Source: Dehalococcoidia bacterium (GTDB lineage: Bacteria; Chloroflexota; Dehalococcoidia; GIF9; AB-539-J10). Taken from it: a DNA stretch of 64,000 bases. The position numbers were made by a program, and so were the translations under genes. A model generated the notes under the pieces. The model did not search any database. It was not told the DNA's origin and saw nothing but the letters and a program-made list of their open reading frames with translations. Every line of letters starts with the position of its first letter. Within the stretch, counting starts at the first letter, position 1. The DNA is taken from assembly GCA_034414555.1 (NCBI GenBank), contig DAOUMA010000008.1:78560-142559 (forward strand). The letters are read 5' to 3'. This document shows, one piece after another, positions 1 through 8,972 of this stretch.

Positions 1-276
1 GAATGTTATCGTGTTCTAAAAAATGGTAAGGAAGCCTGGATATATGATGGGTGTCCTGATGCCTTTAAAGACCAGGCTGATAGAAATAGAATGAGAAGGG
101 AATATGGGTTTTTGGTTTACCGAATTGGAACTAAAGTCGCTGGACTTCATGGTTTCGCCCGGGAAGAGTACGAGAGCGAAATTAAGGATATTTTAGACCA
201 AACAGAATTCAAAGATAGTTATCACATGGAGCTAACTGACATTTGGATGAAGATTACACTCAAGAAGCACAGGTGA
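1..276 (+). CDS. C-terminal portion of a protein whose start lies upstream of the window; function unknown
   Basis: Frame 1 is open from nt 1 to a stop at 274-276 (ECYRVLKNGKEAWIYDGCPDAFKDQ...KKHR*). The ORF track shows only the internal Met at 91. Confidence 0.35.
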   Translation, partial: ECYRVLKNGKEAWIYDGCPDAFKDQADRNRMRREYGFLVYRIGTKVAGLHGFAREEYESEIKDILDQTEFKDSYHMELTDIWMKITLKKHR

Positions 277-329
277 ACGAGTCTGGTCTTTCCCAACTGC
301 TTCGTTGCTCGCGAAGAGGCAAAGCTGGT

Positions 330-402
330 AAATACTCTTTTATACCAAATCTCAGCAAGCAGCGATAAAGCTCCCTGAGCCTGAACAATCTGCTGTTTTG
401 TT
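330..402. repeat. Degenerate copy of a repeat/scar sequence (tatacca...tcagcaagcagcgataaag..cctgaacaa..gttttgtt), about 85% identical to 6871-6950
   Basis: Direct by-eye alignment of 354-402 with 6901-6950. The 'tatacca' plus 'tcagcaagcagcg' context is shared with 6874-6913. Confidence 0.5.
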
Positions 403-454
403 CCCGGAATAGTTGACTGGAATAACATTCGTCCCCTGGGCTGCTGGCAGATTA

Positions 455-470
455 GTGGTGCTATAATCAA
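455..470 (+). promoter_or_regulatory. Candidate extended -10 promoter element TGcTATAAT (459-467) inside the recurring motif GGTGCTATAATC, about 90 nt upstream of the AbfD-like gene
   Basis: Sequence motif. The same 12-mer recurs at 15886-15897 and 23014-23025. Strong SD GGGAGGTG sits 7 nt before the ATG at 557. Confidence 0.4.
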
Positions 471-556
471 TGTGTTATATTTGTGGTCGACTTATTCCAT
501 GTTGTTAAGGAGAAGCCGAAGTCAAGCAAAAAAGACGACAAGGGAGGTGATGTATC

Positions 557-2026
557 ATGCCATTGAAAACCGCTGCAGAGTACATCGAGAGTCTGCGTAA
601 GCTGAAACTGGACCTCTATCTACTTGGTGAAAAGGTGGAGAATTGGGTTGATAATCCTATTATCAGGCCATCAATCAACGCTGTGGCGATGACCTACAAG
701 CTTGCTCACGAGCCCAGAAACAAGGAGCTGGCAACCACGGATTCGGTGCTTACCGGAAAGAAGGTAAACAGGTTTAACTCTCTCTTCAAGAGGACCGGTG
801 ATATGGTCAGTAAGGTAAGATTACAGAGGGAGCTGGGACAAAGGACAGGCTGTTGTTTCCAGAGGTGTGTTGGTCTTGACGCCATCAATGCTGTTTTTAG
901 CACCACCTACGAAATTGACCGGGCGCACGGAACCGAGTATCACCACAGGTTTAAAGAGTGGCTGGAGTATGTTCAACAGAATGACCTCTGTGTCCAGGGT
1001 GCCATGACCGATGTTAAGGGCGACCGGGCGGTGGCTCCCAGCAAGCAGGCTGACCCGGACATGTTTGTGCATGTGGTAGAGCGGAGGAGCGACGGCATCA
1101 TCATAAGGGGGGCAAAAGCAAGTCAGACGGGAACCACAAATTCACATGAAATGCTCATTATGCCAACCCTGAGAATGCGGGACGGCGATGAGGACTATTC
1201 CCTGAGCTGTGCTATACCAACAGACGCTGAAGGCGTACACCTCATCTATGGAAGACAGTCCTGCGATACGCGCAAGCTCGAGGAGGGTGACATCGATGTC
1301 GGTAACTACAGCTTCGGCGGGCAGGAGACACTGACTATCCTGGACAACGTCTTTGTCCCGTGGGACAGGGTTTTTATGTGCGGGGAGATCGAATTTGCCA
1401 TTATGATGGTGGAGAGATTCGCCGCTTATCACCGGCAGAGCTACGGCGGTTGTAAGCCGGGCATAGCTGATGTGCTTATTGGAGCGGCGGCCTCAATGGC
1501 TGATTACAACGGGATACGCAGAGCCCCTCATATCAGGGAGAAGCTTGGGGAGATGATTCACCTCGCTGAAACGATACATGCCTGCGGACTGGCTTGCGCC
1601 TACGAGGGGTGGCAGACTATGTCCGGCAACTACCAGTCCAACATCCTTTTAGCCAATGTATGTAAGCACAATGTGACGCGGTTTCCCTACGAGCTTTGCC
1701 GGCTTGCCGAGGACATAGCCGGCGGTATTCTGGTAACGCTGCCCTCCGAAAAAGACTTCAGGCATCCTGTGATGGGCAAATATATCGATAAGTACCTGAA
1801 GGGAATACCTGGTGTACCTACAGAGCACCGGATCCGCATGTTGACGCTCATCCACTCCATGACTTTTGGCCAGGTAGCTCCCAGTTATCGCACGGAGTCG
1901 CTGCATGGAGCTGGCTCGCCTCAGGCACAGAAAATTATGATTGAGCGCGAGACGGATATGGACCTCAAGCAGAGGCTCGCCCGCAGCCTGGCCGGCATCG
2001 ACAAAAGGGAAGACGTGACTGCTTAG
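557..2026 (+). CDS. 4-hydroxybutyryl-CoA dehydratase / vinylacetyl-CoA isomerase-like flavoenzyme (HpaB/AbfD family)
   Basis: 489 aa. N-terminus MPLKTAAEYIESLRKL and the overall pattern are typical of the HpaB/AbfD family. A CxxxC pair (GCCFQRC) and a later H/C (ETIHACGLAC) are consistent with AbfD Fe-S ligands. SD GGGAGGTG lies upstream. Confidence 0.65.
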   Translation: MPLKTAAEYIESLRKLKLDLYLLGEKVENWVDNPIIRPSINAVAMTYKLAHEPRNKELATTDSVLTGKKVNRFNSLFKRTGDMVSKVRLQRELGQRTGCCFQRCVGLDAINAVFSTTYEIDRAHGTEYHHRFKEWLEYVQQNDLCVQGAMTDVKGDRAVAPSKQADPDMFVHVVERRSDGIIIRGAKASQTGTTNSHEMLIMPTLRMRDGDEDYSLSCAIPTDAEGVHLIYGRQSCDTRKLEEGDIDVGNYSFGGQETLTILDNVFVPWDRVFMCGEIEFAIMMVERFAAYHRQSYGGCKPGIADVLIGAAASMADYNGIRRAPHIREKLGEMIHLAETIHACGLACAYEGWQTMSGNYQSNILLANVCKHNVTRFPYELCRLAEDIAGGILVTLPSEKDFRHPVMGKYIDKYLKGIPGVPTEHRIRMLTLIHSMTFGQVAPSYRTESLHGAGSPQAQKIMIERETDMDLKQRLARSLAGIDKREDVTA

Positions 2027-2033
2027 TTTCCAT

Positions 2034-2780
2034 ATGAACAAACATATCAAGGAGAAATTCATCCTGCTCTGGAAAAAGTATTTTGACGGTGCGGAACTCC
2101 CGGTTATTTTCTATTATACCAATGAAGAAGGACATGCCAGGCTGGTCGAGCCCGATTCGGTGCCCGGGTGCCTGATTGGGATATTAGTGGAGGTCAGGAA
2201 GGGGAGGTCTTTGTGTCTTAATGCGGACTCAGTCGGCTGTCCTGGGGGCAAACGATACCTTGGCTTTACGGAAGGGGTTATGCCAGACTTTGAATACTTC
2301 CTCTCCTACGGAATCCCTGGTAAGTTGACCGGTGAGCGCTATTGCAAATCTCCGCAACTGGTCGCGGAAATAATGAAACGCTCGCCTGCGTTCAAAGCAC
2401 CGGGACGCTTCATAATATTTAAAAGATGGGACAAGCTTGAGGAGTCAGACGACCCGGAGGTTGTTATCTTCTTTGCGGAGCCCGATGTTCTCTCTGGGCT
2501 TTTTACCCTGGCGCGTTTTGATGAAGCTGAGCAAAATGCCGTATTCACCCCCTTTGGCTCGGGCTGTTCCACAATTGTCCATTACCCGTATCTTGAACGA
2601 GATTCCGCCCGCCCCAGAGGAGTCATCGGAATGTTCGACCCTTCAGCGCGTCCTTCTGTTCCCAACAATGTGCTCACATTCTCAGTACCTATGAACAAGT
2701 TTGTCCGGATGGTTGAGAATATGGAGGAGAGCTTTCTCATCACAGATTCATGGCGCAAGATACGAAAAAGACTGAAATAG
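2034..2780 (+). CDS. Conserved hypothetical protein (possibly DUF169-like); two conserved GC..G motifs
   Basis: 248-aa ORF. A paralogous 5' fragment of this gene (codons about 17-33) is present as a remnant at 6849-6892. Confidence 0.4.
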   Translation: MNKHIKEKFILLWKKYFDGAELPVIFYYTNEEGHARLVEPDSVPGCLIGILVEVRKGRSLCLNADSVGCPGGKRYLGFTEGVMPDFEYFLSYGIPGKLTGERYCKSPQLVAEIMKRSPAFKAPGRFIIFKRWDKLEESDDPEVVIFFAEPDVLSGLFTLARFDEAEQNAVFTPFGSGCSTIVHYPYLERDSARPRGVIGMFDPSARPSVPNNVLTFSVPMNKFVRMVENMEESFLITDSWRKIRKRLK

Positions 2781-2862
2781 GCCGGAACGGAAGTCCATTT
2801 TGCCTGGCTGGCTCCGCTGAGATTCTTCTTGCCCGCCTTTTTTTATTGTCATCGCGAACGGG

Positions 2863-2913
2863 AAAATCCCTCTAAATCCCCCTTTAGAAAAGGGGGAGTA
2901 AGGGGGATTTGAC
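2863..2913. repeat. Palindromic hairpin repeat, copy 1 (aaatcccccttt agaaa agggggag taagggggattt)
   Basis: Internal inverted repeats. A second copy with the same ends lies at 3057-3120. Confidence 0.6.
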
Positions 2914-3056
2914 ATCCTAGGAAAAGCAAAACTCAAAAATCAAAGGGCAAAATGGCGGAGCAAAAATGAAAAAGCGGTCAGCGATTAGCTGAAGGCTGAT
3001 AGCTGAAAACTGCTAAACTGAACTTTGAATTTAGAGTATCCCGCATAACTTCGTAC

Positions 3057-3120
3057 AAAAATCCCTCTAAATCCACCTTTAGAAAAGGGGGTTCAACGCC
3101 CCCGTAAGGGGGATTTGACC
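3057..3120. repeat. Palindromic hairpin repeat, copy 2 (aatccctctaaatccaccttt agaaaaggggg ... gggggatttgacc)
   Basis: Shares aatccctctaaatcc and gggggatttgac termini with copy 1. Intergenic position. Confidence 0.6.
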
Positions 3121-3380
3121 ATTTGGGAAGCAGTGAGATCACAAATAGTTTCGTGACTAACTATAATTTGTCATTTTGCTTTTTTATCGGTGATGTTTAA
3201 TATTGTTCGGAATTTAGTGCTTTGAGTTTAGGATTTACCCGGGGACTGGCCTATTTCATATTCTATAGCAATATTGTCAGCCGGCGAATGGGGGTGTAAA
3301 ATAAATGCAGTACCTGGCGTAGAAGAGCCAGGATGTGCATATGGCTCATTGGCTTGTTGTGCCGGAGCTAAATATAGGAA

Positions 3381-3905
3381 TTGGAGGTAAGTGTGGTGAA
3401 ATACCGCCATATTATTTTACTGGTAATTCTTCTACTGGGAGCAATACTGATATCAGGATGTAACGCAGGGCAGAATGCGGCACAAGCGAAGAACGGCGAC
3501 ACTGTCCAGGTGGATTATACTGGAACGCTGGAAAACGGCACTGTATTTGATACATCGGTGGGAGGTGCACCTTTGAACTTTACTTTAGGTGCAGGTCAAG
3601 TGATTCCCGGGTTTGAACAAGCTGTCCTGGGGATGAAAGTCGGGGAATCGAAAACCGTTACCATTCCCGCGGATGAGGCCTACGGCCGGTACAATGATAC
3701 CCTGGTAGTGGTAGTAAATCGAGAGGACCTTCCGGCGGACCTGAATCCAGAGGTTGGTCAGCAGCTGCAGGGGCCTCGACCAGGTGATGGAACAGGCGTA
3801 GGCACTATAACCAATGTCACTAACACGACGATAACAGTAGATTTTAACTCCCCTCTTGCGGGGGAAAACCTGACCTTTGTAATTAAGCTTTTGAGCATAC
3901 AATAA
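3381..3905 (+). CDS. FKBP-type peptidyl-prolyl cis-trans isomerase, predicted lipoprotein
   Basis: Signal peptide with lipobox LISGC. FKBP core VQVDYTGTLENGTVFDTS...FTLGAGQVIPGFEQAVLGMKVGE. Confidence 0.8.
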   Translation: MEVSVVKYRHIILLVILLLGAILISGCNAGQNAAQAKNGDTVQVDYTGTLENGTVFDTSVGGAPLNFTLGAGQVIPGFEQAVLGMKVGESKTVTIPADEAYGRYNDTLVVVVNREDLPADLNPEVGQQLQGPRPGDGTGVGTITNVTNTTITVDFNSPLAGENLTFVIKLLSIQ

Positions 3906-3964
3906 ATTACCTTTTATAAGGTTAAGTGGTAGCGTCGTCTGCTGGTCTGCTGTAAGATTCCAGC

Positions 3965-5689
3965 TTACCCGCCCTCTTCGTGGTATATGTACTTGCCGCC
4001 TCGCAGCCATGAGGCAACGCTGGCGACAAGACACACCACAGCGGAGAAGGTCATCACCTCGGTAATGCCGTGGTCAAAAGCCCCGGCGATAAGCTGTGGG
4101 AAGAAGGCTCTGGAGGTTATAGTCGCCACCTGCCCCGCGGACAGGGTATGGAGCACTCCTGAAGGGATCAGCGTTCCCAGCGGGTTATAGCCCAGGAATG
4201 CCGCAAACAGGTATCCTATTGGCGGTATACCGGCCAGCTGTTGTGCGACCTGTGCGGGCACACCCTGTTGGGTAAGGCCGCTGAACATAGCCGCTGGCAC
4301 CGAGGCAGTCATGCCGATGATGAGGAGGGAGAAAAAAATGCCGATGGACAGTGGCATCCCCATGTTATTGAGTGTCGCCCTCATGCCGGAACTTACGCCG
4401 CGATGTCTCGCCGGGACACTGTTCATTATCGCGGCTGTGTTCGGAGCTGCGAACATCCCCATGCAGATGCCATTGAACAGGATTAGTAGCGCGAACAGCA
4501 GATAGGGAAAGTCCACCGGCAAAAATCTCAGCAAGACGAAGCTGGCGGCAGCCAGTATCATCCCGCCGGTAGTGAAATAACGTGCCCCAAAACGGTCAGA
4601 CAGCCAGCCGAAGAGTGGCCCGGCTAGCAGGAACCCCACGCCCATGGGTAACATGTAAATCCCTGCCCAGAGTGGCGTGACCTCAAAATCATATCCATGC
4701 AGCGGCAACCAGATGCCCTGTAGCCAGATGGCAAGCATAAACATCAGCCCGCCCCGTGCTACGGATGCCAGGAACGCGGCTGCATTGCCCGCGGCGAAAG
4801 CGCGGATGCGGAATAAGTTGAGCCGGAACATCGGTGCTCGAACACGCGCTTCGATAAGAATGAACACCGCAAGGAGAACAATTCCGCCGGCAATCATGCC
4901 CACCACGAATGGCGTTGTCCAGCTCATCGGGGAAGTGCCGCTGGGGCCAATGCCATAGGTGATGCCTACCAGTAGCATAATCAGGCCGGCAGCAAAGGTG
5001 AGATTCCCCCCCCAGTCGATAGTCTCTCTTTTCCGAATTCCTATCTCTCGGAGTGAGAGGTATGACCAGATGGTCCCGGCAATGCCTATGGGCACGTTGA
5101 CCAGGAATACCCACCGCCACCCTATCTGGGCTAAAAGCCCACCTGCCAGGATACCTAAGAGAGTGCCGACAATGAAAGCTACCTGGTTCAGCCCGAGGGC
5201 CATGCCGCGCTGATTTTCGGGAAAGGCGTCCGTCAGGATAGCCGCCGAGTTGGCAAACAAAAAAGCACCGCCGATACCCTGCACCAGCCGGAAGAGGATT
5301 AATTCCAGTGCTCCGGCGTCCCCCGTGCTCCAGGCAATAGCACACAACCCGGAGCCGACGGTGAAGATGGCAAAGCCGAGGTTGTACATACGGGTGCGCC
5401 CGAACATGTCTCCCAGACGCCCGAAGGTGACCACGAAGACAGCTACAATTACCATGTAGCCCATGAGCAACCAGAGCAGATAGTTGAAGCTTTCTGGGGC
5501 TAGAGGGTTAATATTGATGCCTCTGAAGATGACCGGCAGTGCCAGCAGTATGCTCGTGCTGCTGAGCGAAACCATAAGCACGCTGAGTGTGGTGTTTGAA
5601 AGGGCGATCCACTTATAACGAGGCCCTACCTGGGGACCGGGAGTGGTTGTCGAGTCTCGTGTCACTTTTCTTAAATCTCCTGCATTCAA
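3965..5689 (-). CDS. MFS transporter, 14-TMS drug:H+ antiporter (EmrB/QacA-like) family
   Basis: 574 aa with many hydrophobic helices. Typical MFS motifs are present (GRLGDMFGR, and LGP..G..L). Confidence 0.75.
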   Translation of the reverse strand: MNAGDLRKVTRDSTTTPGPQVGPRYKWIALSNTTLSVLMVSLSSTSILLALPVIFRGININPLAPESFNYLLWLLMGYMVIVAVFVVTFGRLGDMFGRTRMYNLGFAIFTVGSGLCAIAWSTGDAGALELILFRLVQGIGGAFLFANSAAILTDAFPENQRGMALGLNQVAFIVGTLLGILAGGLLAQIGWRWVFLVNVPIGIAGTIWSYLSLREIGIRKRETIDWGGNLTFAAGLIMLLVGITYGIGPSGTSPMSWTTPFVVGMIAGGIVLLAVFILIEARVRAPMFRLNLFRIRAFAAGNAAAFLASVARGGLMFMLAIWLQGIWLPLHGYDFEVTPLWAGIYMLPMGVGFLLAGPLFGWLSDRFGARYFTTGGMILAAASFVLLRFLPVDFPYLLFALLILFNGICMGMFAAPNTAAIMNSVPARHRGVSSGMRATLNNMGMPLSIGIFFSLLIIGMTASVPAAMFSGLTQQGVPAQVAQQLAGIPPIGYLFAAFLGYNPLGTLIPSGVLHTLSAGQVATITSRAFFPQLIAGAFDHGITEVMTFSAVVCLVASVASWLRGGKYIYHEEGG

Positions 5690-5699
5690 CTGCCTGACA

Positions 5700-6335
5700 T
5701 TATGACACGATTTGAACGCCCCAGACCTTAAGAATTTCCTCGTGGGTTACCACTTCGCACAGGCTTCTTAAGTTCGCCAGCGACCTCTCATGTGCGTCCT
5801 TGTTGGCTGAGGATACCCCATCGCTAACTATCACCACATAATAACCCCGGTTCAATGCCTCTCTGGCAGAGGATTCAACGCCCCACTCCGTAGATATACC
5901 TGTGAAAACCAGTGTTTCTATGCCTCCATACCTGGCGATATAGTCAAAATTCGTGCCTATAAATATGCTGGCCGTATTCTTGTTTAGGACGATGTCTTCC
6001 CGCAAAGGAGCTATCACCTCGGCGATTTCCAGCGCCTTTGGGTCATCACCAAAGGACGAGCGAAGTTGTTTTACATCCTTTATCCCTATTCGTTTCATCT
6101 GCTGGGCTAGCGCCGCCGGCGCCTGGAAGCGGGCAGGCAAAGGGGTTATTTTTGTATAGACCACCGGCACTTGAATCTTTCTCGCTGTCTGAAGCAGCGC
6201 TTCTACTGAGTTGAGAATCTCGTTTTTATTGAATACCCTGTTGACCAGCATATTTTGCATATCCCAAACTATCAGCAGCGAATGCTCTGGAGCTATAATA
6301 TCGGGCAGTTCGGTGTAGAATTTACTTGTCGCCAT
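5700..6335 (-). CDS. Isochorismatase-family (cysteine hydrolase-like) protein
   Basis: 211 aa. LLIVWDMQN...VVYTK...LVFTGISTEWGVESSAREA fits the isochorismatase fold pattern. The usual catalytic Cys is not obvious. Confidence 0.55.
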   Translation of the reverse strand: MATSKFYTELPDIIAPEHSLLIVWDMQNMLVNRVFNKNEILNSVEALLQTARKIQVPVVYTKITPLPARFQAPAALAQQMKRIGIKDVKQLRSSFGDDPKALEIAEVIAPLREDIVLNKNTASIFIGTNFDYIARYGGIETLVFTGISTEWGVESSAREALNRGYYVVIVSDGVSSANKDAHERSLANLRSLCEVVTHEEILKVWGVQIVS

Positions 6336-6842
6336 GAGATTCCTCCTCTTTACTTCATGTTATGCCATATTCCTTACCAATAAAAATCAAGATGCCGAAA
6401 AGAAGACACGCAATGCCTATGAAAATTGACGGGCGTATAAAAATAATTGGTCGCATATTCACCTTCTTCATTTATTAAGGCTGTTTAATTTTCAAAAGCC
6501 TTGTTTTTAGCTTCGTCATGGTTGTCCCGGAAATTTCTCACCCCCGAGCTTTGTAATGCGACCATTCAAGGTCGTGCAGCACGAGGCTAAAGCCTGGCAC
6601 TACATTTTTAAACATCCGCTCATTATATCAATTGAAGCGTGCTTTTGCTATAAATGGTGGCGATATATTAGCGAAGGTAACGGGTTGTGCTGTGGTTGGT
6701 CTGGAAGGAGCCATAGTTGAGGTGGAGGTTGACATATCATCTGGATTGCCTTCGTTTGTCAATGTTGGGACGCAATGTTAACAAGAGTATTCCTTTTGAG
6801 CTGGCTTTGACTGAGTAAACGGATATACCCGCAATCAACTCC

Positions 6843-6950
6843 TGTCGGGGTGGAACTTCCGGTTAATTTCTATTATACCAACGAGGAAGGAGTAAATTTC
6901 AGCAAGCAGCGATAAAATTCCCCAAGCCTGAACAAAATTGACGTTTTGTT
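6843..6950. repeat. Composite scar at the left border of the low-GC operon. It is a remnant of a paralog of the 2034..2780 gene (encodes VELPVNFYYTNEEG...) fused to a copy of the 354-402 repeat
   Basis: 6849-6892 aligns to 2090-2133 with about 6 mismatches. 6901-6950 aligns to 354-402 at about 85%. It reads in frame as a gene fragment ending in a stop. Confidence 0.6.
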
Positions 6951-7039
6951 ACATTACATTCTAGGCTTTTGTAAAATAGGTGGATACATAGAAAGGTTCA
7001 TGACATATTGGAATTGCATTTCATCAGCTAGGACTTTAC

Positions 7040-7702
7040 TCACGCAGGATTCCTAGCAATAAAATCACGCACACCTTGCACCATCAGAGCAACTTGTTCT
7101 TTTGAATATTCATTGTACTTGCCGTGTGCAGCATTGTTACGAAGCCCCAGCCACGCGGTGATACTTTTCTGGTCGAGTTTAGAATAAACGTTAGCGCCAG
7201 CGAGTTCTGCATTCAGACCATCGGCTTTCTTAGGCAGAGACCCCTTAGTCACTGGGATACTATGAGCCTGACATAATTTTCGCAACTGCTCTTCAAGAAC
7301 GCCACCGATTAGAACAGCTGCAGGGTCTTTGTAGCCTTCTGTAAGAAGATAGTCAGCCATCTCCAGAAAATCGCCAAAGATGTCCCCATGGATAATCTCG
7401 TAAACTGATCGTAGGTAACCTGCCTCGTAGTCGGTTCTTAGTGCTTTCAAAATACCGGGAAGGACTATTAAATTGTAAGCCTCATTCTCACCGTATTTCT
7501 TGAGAGCAGCGCGGGCATTCTCTGCATATCGGCTACCACGGGGAGCGAGCCGCTCTATAGCTGCGGCAAGTATCGTAACAAGCTCTGGCACTTCTGTGCC
7601 CAAGTCTGAGCAGTCATCATACTTGGAGCGTGACTTGGCCTTCGCCCATCTCTCAAGTGCTTTGTCGATCTGATTTAGAATAGCCTCTTGATTAATAGAC
7701 AT
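7040..7702 (-). CDS. Hypothetical protein with a C-terminal Rx4H motif (LRNNAAHG), possibly HEPN-like (DUF4145-like)
   Basis: 220 aa. The Rx4H motif lies near the C-terminus. It is the last gene of the nine-gene minus-strand operon, 11 nt after the radical SAM ORF. Confidence 0.45.
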   Translation of the reverse strand: MSINQEAILNQIDKALERWAKAKSRSKYDDCSDLGTEVPELVTILAAAIERLAPRGSRYAENARAALKKYGENEAYNLIVLPGILKALRTDYEAGYLRSVYEIIHGDIFGDFLEMADYLLTEGYKDPAAVLIGGVLEEQLRKLCQAHSIPVTKGSLPKKADGLNAELAGANVYSKLDQKSITAWLGLRNNAAHGKYNEYSKEQVALMVQGVRDFIARNPA

Positions 7703-7713
7703 TGTCTGACCCC

Positions 7714-8481
7714 TTAACGCGGCGCATTATATGAAAAAGCAAGATGATCCTCATACGGCTCCATTGCCTCGCGATGGAAGATAGCTTCCTCCGGCTGTTC
7801 TATTATGTGCTTAAACTCGCCAACATCTTTGCCAAAAGCCTTCTCAAAGAATGGCCTTCTCGGCCCCACCACACCGTGAGTAGCGTGAAGAATGCATTGT
7901 ATACCTCTTAGTTGTCTCTTAGTCCAATTTGGACTGATATATTTCCTATCTTTCGCATCAAGAGGTATGTACCGCATTGGGAAGGAGAAGATACTAAGGC
8001 CTAACTCCTCATTAAGTTCTATATTTATAAGAAGTCTTTTATAAAAGTCTTTCGGGCAATCATCAAAATTGAACAATATGTAATTGGATAGATGCCTGAT
8101 TCCGTACTTATGAGCTAAGCGCACTTTCTCTATATAGAGTTTTTCAAACTTAATGTTGTCAAAAGCTATTCGTAGTGGTTTGAGGGCCAACTGACTGAGA
8201 AGTTCCATCTTACCTTCGTCAAGTAGCCGTGCATCAACACCTTGGTTAAAATCAAGATACCGATAAGCATTCCCAAACCTAGCTCCTTTTTGGAATCCGT
8301 ACTTCTTTATCTCCTCAACTATGCGTGGAAACTCAGCAGAAGCCAAGACATTGTTGTCGAGCAATATGAGGTCTTTCTTGTCAGGATCCAACTGTTGCTC
8401 TAAAGGTATAAAGGGTATAAAGTGCGGCTCTAACCTGTGTACAGCACAGTAAGGGCAGTGGTTTATGCAACCTTTAGTCAT
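7714..8481 (-). CDS. Radical SAM core domain protein; CxxxCxxC (C-INH-C-PY-C) begins at residue 5
   Basis: MTKGCINHCPYCAV. 255 aa. The start ATG overlaps the stop of the upstream B12-binding-domain ORF (ATGA). Confidence 0.75.
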   Translation of the reverse strand: MTKGCINHCPYCAVHRLEPHFIPFIPLEQQLDPDKKDLILLDNNVLASAEFPRIVEEIKKYGFQKGARFGNAYRYLDFNQGVDARLLDEGKMELLSQLALKPLRIAFDNIKFEKLYIEKVRLAHKYGIRHLSNYILFNFDDCPKDFYKRLLINIELNEELGLSIFSFPMRYIPLDAKDRKYISPNWTKRQLRGIQCILHATHGVVGPRRPFFEKAFGKDVGEFKHIIEQPEEAIFHREAMEPYEDHLAFSYNAPR

Positions 8482-8972
8482 ATATCCAATGCTGTGTTGT
8501 TCGTGTAATACTCGTACACATCATTGGTTAGAGCATAGTCAGGTTTCAACCTGTCAACCTCTTCCCAGAGACCAAAGTGTGGAGCTATGCCTGTTTCCCT
8601 TTCAATGTCTGCTTGCAAGAGCGATGCAAGTATGCCTCCAACTTTTATGTTGTCATTCTTAAGCTTGTTACGCTGATAAAATTTAATAGTTTCTATAGTC
8701 CTTTTCCATTGGAAGGTGAACAGAGTGGCTATGTAGATGATGTCCCATCTCTGGTCTCTTATTGCGGCACTGGTTCCTTTGTAGAAAACGACCTCATCAC
8801 CATGCGATTTGTGATAGGTTGAGATTTTCATTAGACCGAGGGGAGGATACTTTACTTTATAGGCTGGCTCTACAAGTAGAACTCTTTTCGGCCTGTTAAT
8901 CAAAATATGTGGGCCTTCTTCAATATTAGGAGCCAGCTTGTACTGCTTAGTTACTGTTATTTCAGTGCTCAC
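8478..8972 (-). CDS. Cobalamin (B12)-binding-like domain, the N-terminal module of a class B radical SAM enzyme encoded as a separate ORF
   Basis: RVLLVEPAYKVKYPPLGLMKISTYHKSHGDEVVFY matches the LLinP..pPLGLlyla..l...Ghev signature of radical-SAM B12-binding domains. 164 aa. ATGA overlaps at both ends. Confidence 0.6.
   Translation of the reverse strand: MSTEITVTKQYKLAPNIEEGPHILINRPKRVLLVEPAYKVKYPPLGLMKISTYHKSHGDEVVFYKGTSAAIRDQRWDIIYIATLFTFQWKRTIETIKFYQRNKLKNDNIKVGGILASLLQADIERETGIAPHFGLWEEVDRLKPDYALTNDVYEYYTNNTALDI

Noticed and set aside
222-470. 82-aa minus-strand ORF
   Set aside because: It overlaps the repeat/scar sequence and the promoter region upstream of the AbfD-like gene. It has no SD. 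It is likely non-coding.
2863-3120. Possible CRISPR array
   Set aside because: There are only two copies. The units are palindromic hairpins of unequal length with a 140-bp spacer. There are no cas genes. This is more consistent with REP-like repeats.
4689-5345. 218-aa minus-strand ORF (and several + strand ORFs at 3987-5459) inside the MFS transporter region
   Set aside because: These are antisense or alternative frames of a clearly coding 574-aa transporter gene. Their Arg/Pro/His-rich, low-complexity composition is typical of off-frame reads of GC-rich membrane protein genes.
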